DNA of 52,821 nt from NCBI GenBank assembly GCA_009602735.1, contig WELA01001240.1, positions 25,005-77,825 on the forward strand, read 5' to 3'. Position 1 is the first letter of the stretch; each line of letters begins with the position of its first letter. A program made the translations under genes and the position numbers. Below the pieces are notes generated by a model that ran no database searches, was not told the origin of the DNA, and was given only the letters and a program-made list of their open reading frames with translations. Source of the DNA: Mesotaenium endlicherianum. Taxonomy: Eukaryota. Below are positions 48,534 to 52,821 of the stretch, one piece after another.

Positions 48534-50173
48534 GAAAGGAGGAGGAGAAAGGAGGGGGGGGGGAGGAATGGGGGGGAGGGTGGTAAGCATAGATGAACTG
48601 CGGGGTAGGGGTGTCCTGGGTAAGTTATGCTGTATTTATATATTCTGACTGGGTCAGCGGTGCATTATGGCTGGGTTGAGGTGGCGTCAGTTTGTCAGCT
48701 TTGCTTCTATCCTGCCAGCTGTCGATTGCGCACGCTAGATCTGAAGTGGTGAGATTGTTGTACCTGAACCTCACATATATATATTTGTAGAATGATAGCT
48801 CGACACCTATATTTATCATACATTACATGTATACTAGCAAGCACTGGCAGTACAGTAGGTTGCAAGTAAGTTGTGGCTTTCAATAGAGACATGTTGATTG
48901 GTTCATCGGAGTGGCGATACCTGTCGAACTTTCTTAATCCTATATGTTTTCATCAATCAGGGCGAGTGTGCAATTGCTAACACTGCTGGCCAGCACAGAA
49001 AGTCATTTTGAAAGAGAGAGCACTCCCAGGAGGAGGACTAGGTGTCGGCTTCCAAGTGAGGCCTGAACCGAGGCTGTGGAGATGTTTGTAAAGTAGCACA
49101 TACTCCTGAGGGTTGCCTCGAGCTGTGCTGATCGATGTGGGGGCAGGAGCCATTGTTGTCTGATGCCTTGCACGGGGATCTGATTGAGATGTAGATTCTA
49201 AGAAATGTAAAGGCCGGAGCACTACCTGTTCGTCCTGTCCCACTTTAGCCATGCATGCAGGTCAAAGACCGCACGCAGTAGGTGGGTGGGGTCTGTGTCG
49301 CATGCGTACTATTCCACGCTCAGCAGCCAAGCGCATTGATTGGCGGCGGAGAGCTTGCATGCCATGTCCACCTGACAGAATCTAGGAAACCTATTGGGAC
49401 AAGCGGAACTCTTATACTGTGCTGGTGTGAGAACTCCAGAGCAGCGTATGAGTCAGATGATTTAATAAATTGAACCCCTCATTGAAAGACCTGCACCCAC
49501 ACAGCCCCACGTCAACAAAATTTCGCACCCTTCTCGCTGTAATCAAGAGACGAGGGACAACAAAGCTCTCTCTCCCATCTTAATTATTGAAATATAAATT
49601 TGGTTTCTAAAAAACGGCAAATCATAAACTACACATGACCTGCAGCAGCATCAAAGCTGGGGCCCACAAGTGTCCCAATCTCGATAGCAGACCTAGTACA
49701 CTTACAGATTGACCCCCGTGTTCGTGCAAGGAGGAATTGGCACGTGCTAGTTGAAGGAGACTTTCGATACAACCCCGAGGACTCCATAAATAGGCACTGA
49801 ATGACAAATGTAAAAATGTTACGTCACGTCGACCTCCTGGGACAGGTGGCACGCTAGCACCATATGTACAGACCAGATGTTAGGATCACTAGGCTAGGCT
49901 ATTCGGTACTCCTGCCTACACCTCCGGAGATCATACGCAGAAAGTTTTCTTACGGCCACCATTATTGAAGAAGACGGTCTCCAGTTGCCCGCACCATACC
50001 CGGCAACGAAGAACTCTCTAATCTATACACGGGGGCTGTGCAGCCTTCAGCCCCTCAAACCTCTGACCGCTGCTAGTACCATTGGCGACACGTACGGACG
50101 AGATCTAACGATCGTGACACCAAGCTACAGGCTACGAGCTACGAGTCACTCTTGCTTACACCGCTGGACATGC

Positions 50174-51725
50174 TCACGCGAAGTAGTACATGGGGTTGGG
50201 CAGCTTGAAGGTGAGGTTGCCGCGGTGGGGGCCCTCCAGGTCGCTCCACTGGTCCCCGATGACGCCCAAGATGCGATAGCCCGACTTCTCGAGGCCCTTC
50301 CGCGCTCGTGACTTGTATGCCAGCGCCGTCTCGTTGGCCTCGTGCGGCTGCCTGCAGGGGGGAGACGGACAGGCTTAATACTCTGTGAGTAGCGGCGGGC
50401 ACGTGCGCGTCGCGCGCGCCGTGCGTGGGCGTGCGTGACAAAAGGGACTCTGTACCTCTGGGAGTAGCTGTGAGCACGAAGCTGTGAGCACAAGCGCGCG
50501 CACATGGGCGTGTGTGCGTGCGTGCGTGGTGTGCACGTGTGCAAGTGCGTCAGTCAGTCTGGAGAAGGGGCCTTTGCCGAGCGCTTGCCTCATGGTGAGC
50601 GCCGCCCAGCCGCTGTAGCCCGCCCGGCTGAGATTTGATTCGCTGGCGTTGCGCTGCGACTCCGGGCGGCCCGTGACGAACGCGACGCTCCAATTGGCCG
50701 CCTGCAGGTCGCGGTACAGCTGGAGCGTGGGGACCGCAGGTGGCGCGCGCGCGGCCTCCACCCACGCCGCCCAGCCCGGCCCACGCCGTCCACCCGCGCT
50801 GCCCAGTAGTATGCATGGCACAAAAAAATGTTAATCGAAAATACTGTTGGCAACACCTCCCTGTCAAGCTCTCTGTGGCAATGTGCGCCTCAGACAAGAC
50901 TCAAAAGCAAGTAGGCCTTCTCAAGAGATTGATAAAAGAAGAAGGAAAAAGCATCGAAGAAAGAAACGCTGCATGAGATCTGGCCGCGCCATCTTGCCTG
51001 GGGAAGAAGAGCCGGGGGAGGAACAGAACTTCAAAAATAAAATAAAAACTAAAAGTAAAAAAAGGGAGCCCGAGAGCAATGTGCAAGAGCACGAAGCCGG
51101 GAGCGGCGACGCACGCCCTCGCCTGATTCAAAGAAGCAAAAAAAATTGAAAAGAATCAAAGAACAAAAATCTCCGAGCGCAGTGCTCGAGAGCATCACGT
51201 TCCGACCACTGACAAACGCACCCGTGAGGGCGCTTGCGGCGATGGGCTGGTGACAGGCGAGGACGGTTCCGAGGTGAAGCGGAGAAGGGGAGACGCAGAC
51301 GGAAAATTTGAGCACAGTACTCGAGAGCATCACATTTCAAGCGCCGACGAAGGCACCTGTGAGCTAGCTTGCAGTTGCAGGCAAGGATATTTCTGAGGTG
51401 AAGCGGAGACGCACCCGTAGGAGCGGTAGCGGTAGTAGCCGAGGTTGAGGAGCGCCGTCTCGTCGACGTCCAGCACCAGCAGGTCGGAGCGCCACCTGGC
51501 GCCGCCCAGCCCCTCGAGGGCCCCCCGAGCCGACTCGATGACCCCGGCAAAGTCCGTTTCGTAGAACGCCTCGCGGGAGTTCTCCATGTATCGCGCCACC
51601 TGGCGCACGCACTCGGGCGGCAGCGTCCAGCCGCGCGCGTACCCCGCCTCCGCGTTGTGGCTGAGGCTGTGACACCTGGCAGCAGCTGCGGTGGGGTACA
51701 CTATCTGCCTACGATATCTGATAGT
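50174..51725 (-). CDS. HAD-IIIB acid phosphatase paralogue 2; exons 51415-51725, 50589-50798, 50174-50351; first exon not identified
   Basis: CHSLSHNAEAG..WTLPPEC, LDVDETALLN, FVTGRPE, GYRILGVIGDQWSDL and [11 protein letters not shown]. Intron positions and phases are identical to paralogue 1, including the GC donor. Confidence 0.92.
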
Positions 51726-51903
51726 CTGCAGGCACCAGGCGTCAGGGCTGCGCGTCGGAGGTTAGCAGGCGGGGCGGCGGGCAGAGACCAGACGCGAGGG
51801 CTGGGGTGTATGTGAAGGCCACGGGGGAGTGGGGAGGGGTACGGGGTGAGTGGGTGGGGGTCAAAGCAGAAGCTGGAACGAGAGCGGGTGCAAGGAGGGG
51901 GGN

Positions 51904-52285
51904 ACACACACACACACACACACAGAGGAGGCTGCTCGCACTACCCCCTACACGTGCTGCATTGGTTCAAGTAGAGAGGTCAGGCACGCGTGCCAGCGTC
52001 GGCGTTTCTCTCGGCCGGGCAAGCCAGCCCCGTCGCCAGGAAACTCCGGGAACAAGACACGTGTGCATGCTATCTCGCGTACAAGCAATCGCCTTCTTGT
52101 GTTTGCACGAAGCTGCTCTCCCGCGTGCTTGCTCCGCCAAGCGTCCCACTCCGGTCGCATTTATATATCATTTAGTATGACGTTTTTACATACATCACAT
52201 ATCTTACGTATATGCACTTATAAGGATACATATATACGTATATGCATTTATAACTACATACATGTACATCAGATATATATACACC

Positions 52286-52383
<98 letters not shown>

Positions 52384-52741
52384 GGTGTATATATATCTGA
52401 TGTACATGTATGTAGTTATAAATGCATATACGTATATATGTATCCTTATAAGTGCATATACGTAAGATATGTGATGTATGTAAAAACGTCATACTAAATG
52501 ATATATAAATGCGACCGGAGTGGGACGCTTGGCGGAGCAAGCACGCGGGAGAGCAGCTTCGTGCAAACACAAGAAGGCGATTGCTTGTACGCGAGATAGC
52601 ATGCACACGTGTCTTGTTCCCGGAGTTTCCTGGCGACGGGGCTGGCTTGCCCGGCCGAGAGAAACGCCGACGCTGGCACGCGTGCCTGACCTCTCTACTT
52701 GAACCAATGCAGCACGTGTAGGGGGTAGTGCGAGCAGCCTC

Positions 52742-52765
<24 letters not shown>
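51904..52765. repeat. Perfect ~860-bp palindrome centred on an (AT)n microsatellite
   Basis: The ORF track gives identical peptides on both strands (e.g. 52204-52407 minus and 52262-52465 plus). Centre of symmetry is 52334/52335. Confidence 0.95.

Positions 52766-52821
<56 letters not shown>

Noticed and set aside
51180..51410. Duplicated motifs (ctcgagagcatcac; gaggtgaagcggaga) as extra exons
   Set aside because: A local intronic duplication that is not needed for the phosphatase reading frame.

Overview
Eukaryotic genomic DNA, most consistent with a green plant-lineage (probably streptophyte algal) draft assembly. This is inferred from spliced GC-rich genes with CA/GA microsatellite-rich introns, plant-type HAD-IIIB acid phosphatases and chromoviruses. 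The first ~29 kb is a deeply nested transposon block. It holds one apparently intact Ty3/Gypsy chromovirus (4273-10952; 503-bp LTRs, CCCAT TSD, tRNA-iMet PBS, gag/-1 frameshift/pol with chromodomain). It also holds at least four decayed copies of a second chromovirus family ('family A', ~710-bp LTR) that carries an extra, apparently separately spliced ORF of unknown function between pol and the 3' LTR. Two piggyBac DNA transposons (TTAA insertions, CACTAG ends) share an unusual folded N-terminal domain. A truncated gag-only LTR element and an orphan LTR-like segment containing a tRNA-like Pol III motif complete the block. From ~31 kb the window is genic: exons of an unknown minus-strand gene, two convergent HAD-IIIB acid phosphatase paralogues with a shared GC-AG intron, a probable 211-aa low-complexity ORF, several assembly gaps and a terminal ~860-bp perfect palindrome that is probably an assembly artefact. 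The best candidates for undescribed biology are the family A extra-ORF cassette and the piggyBac N-terminal domain.
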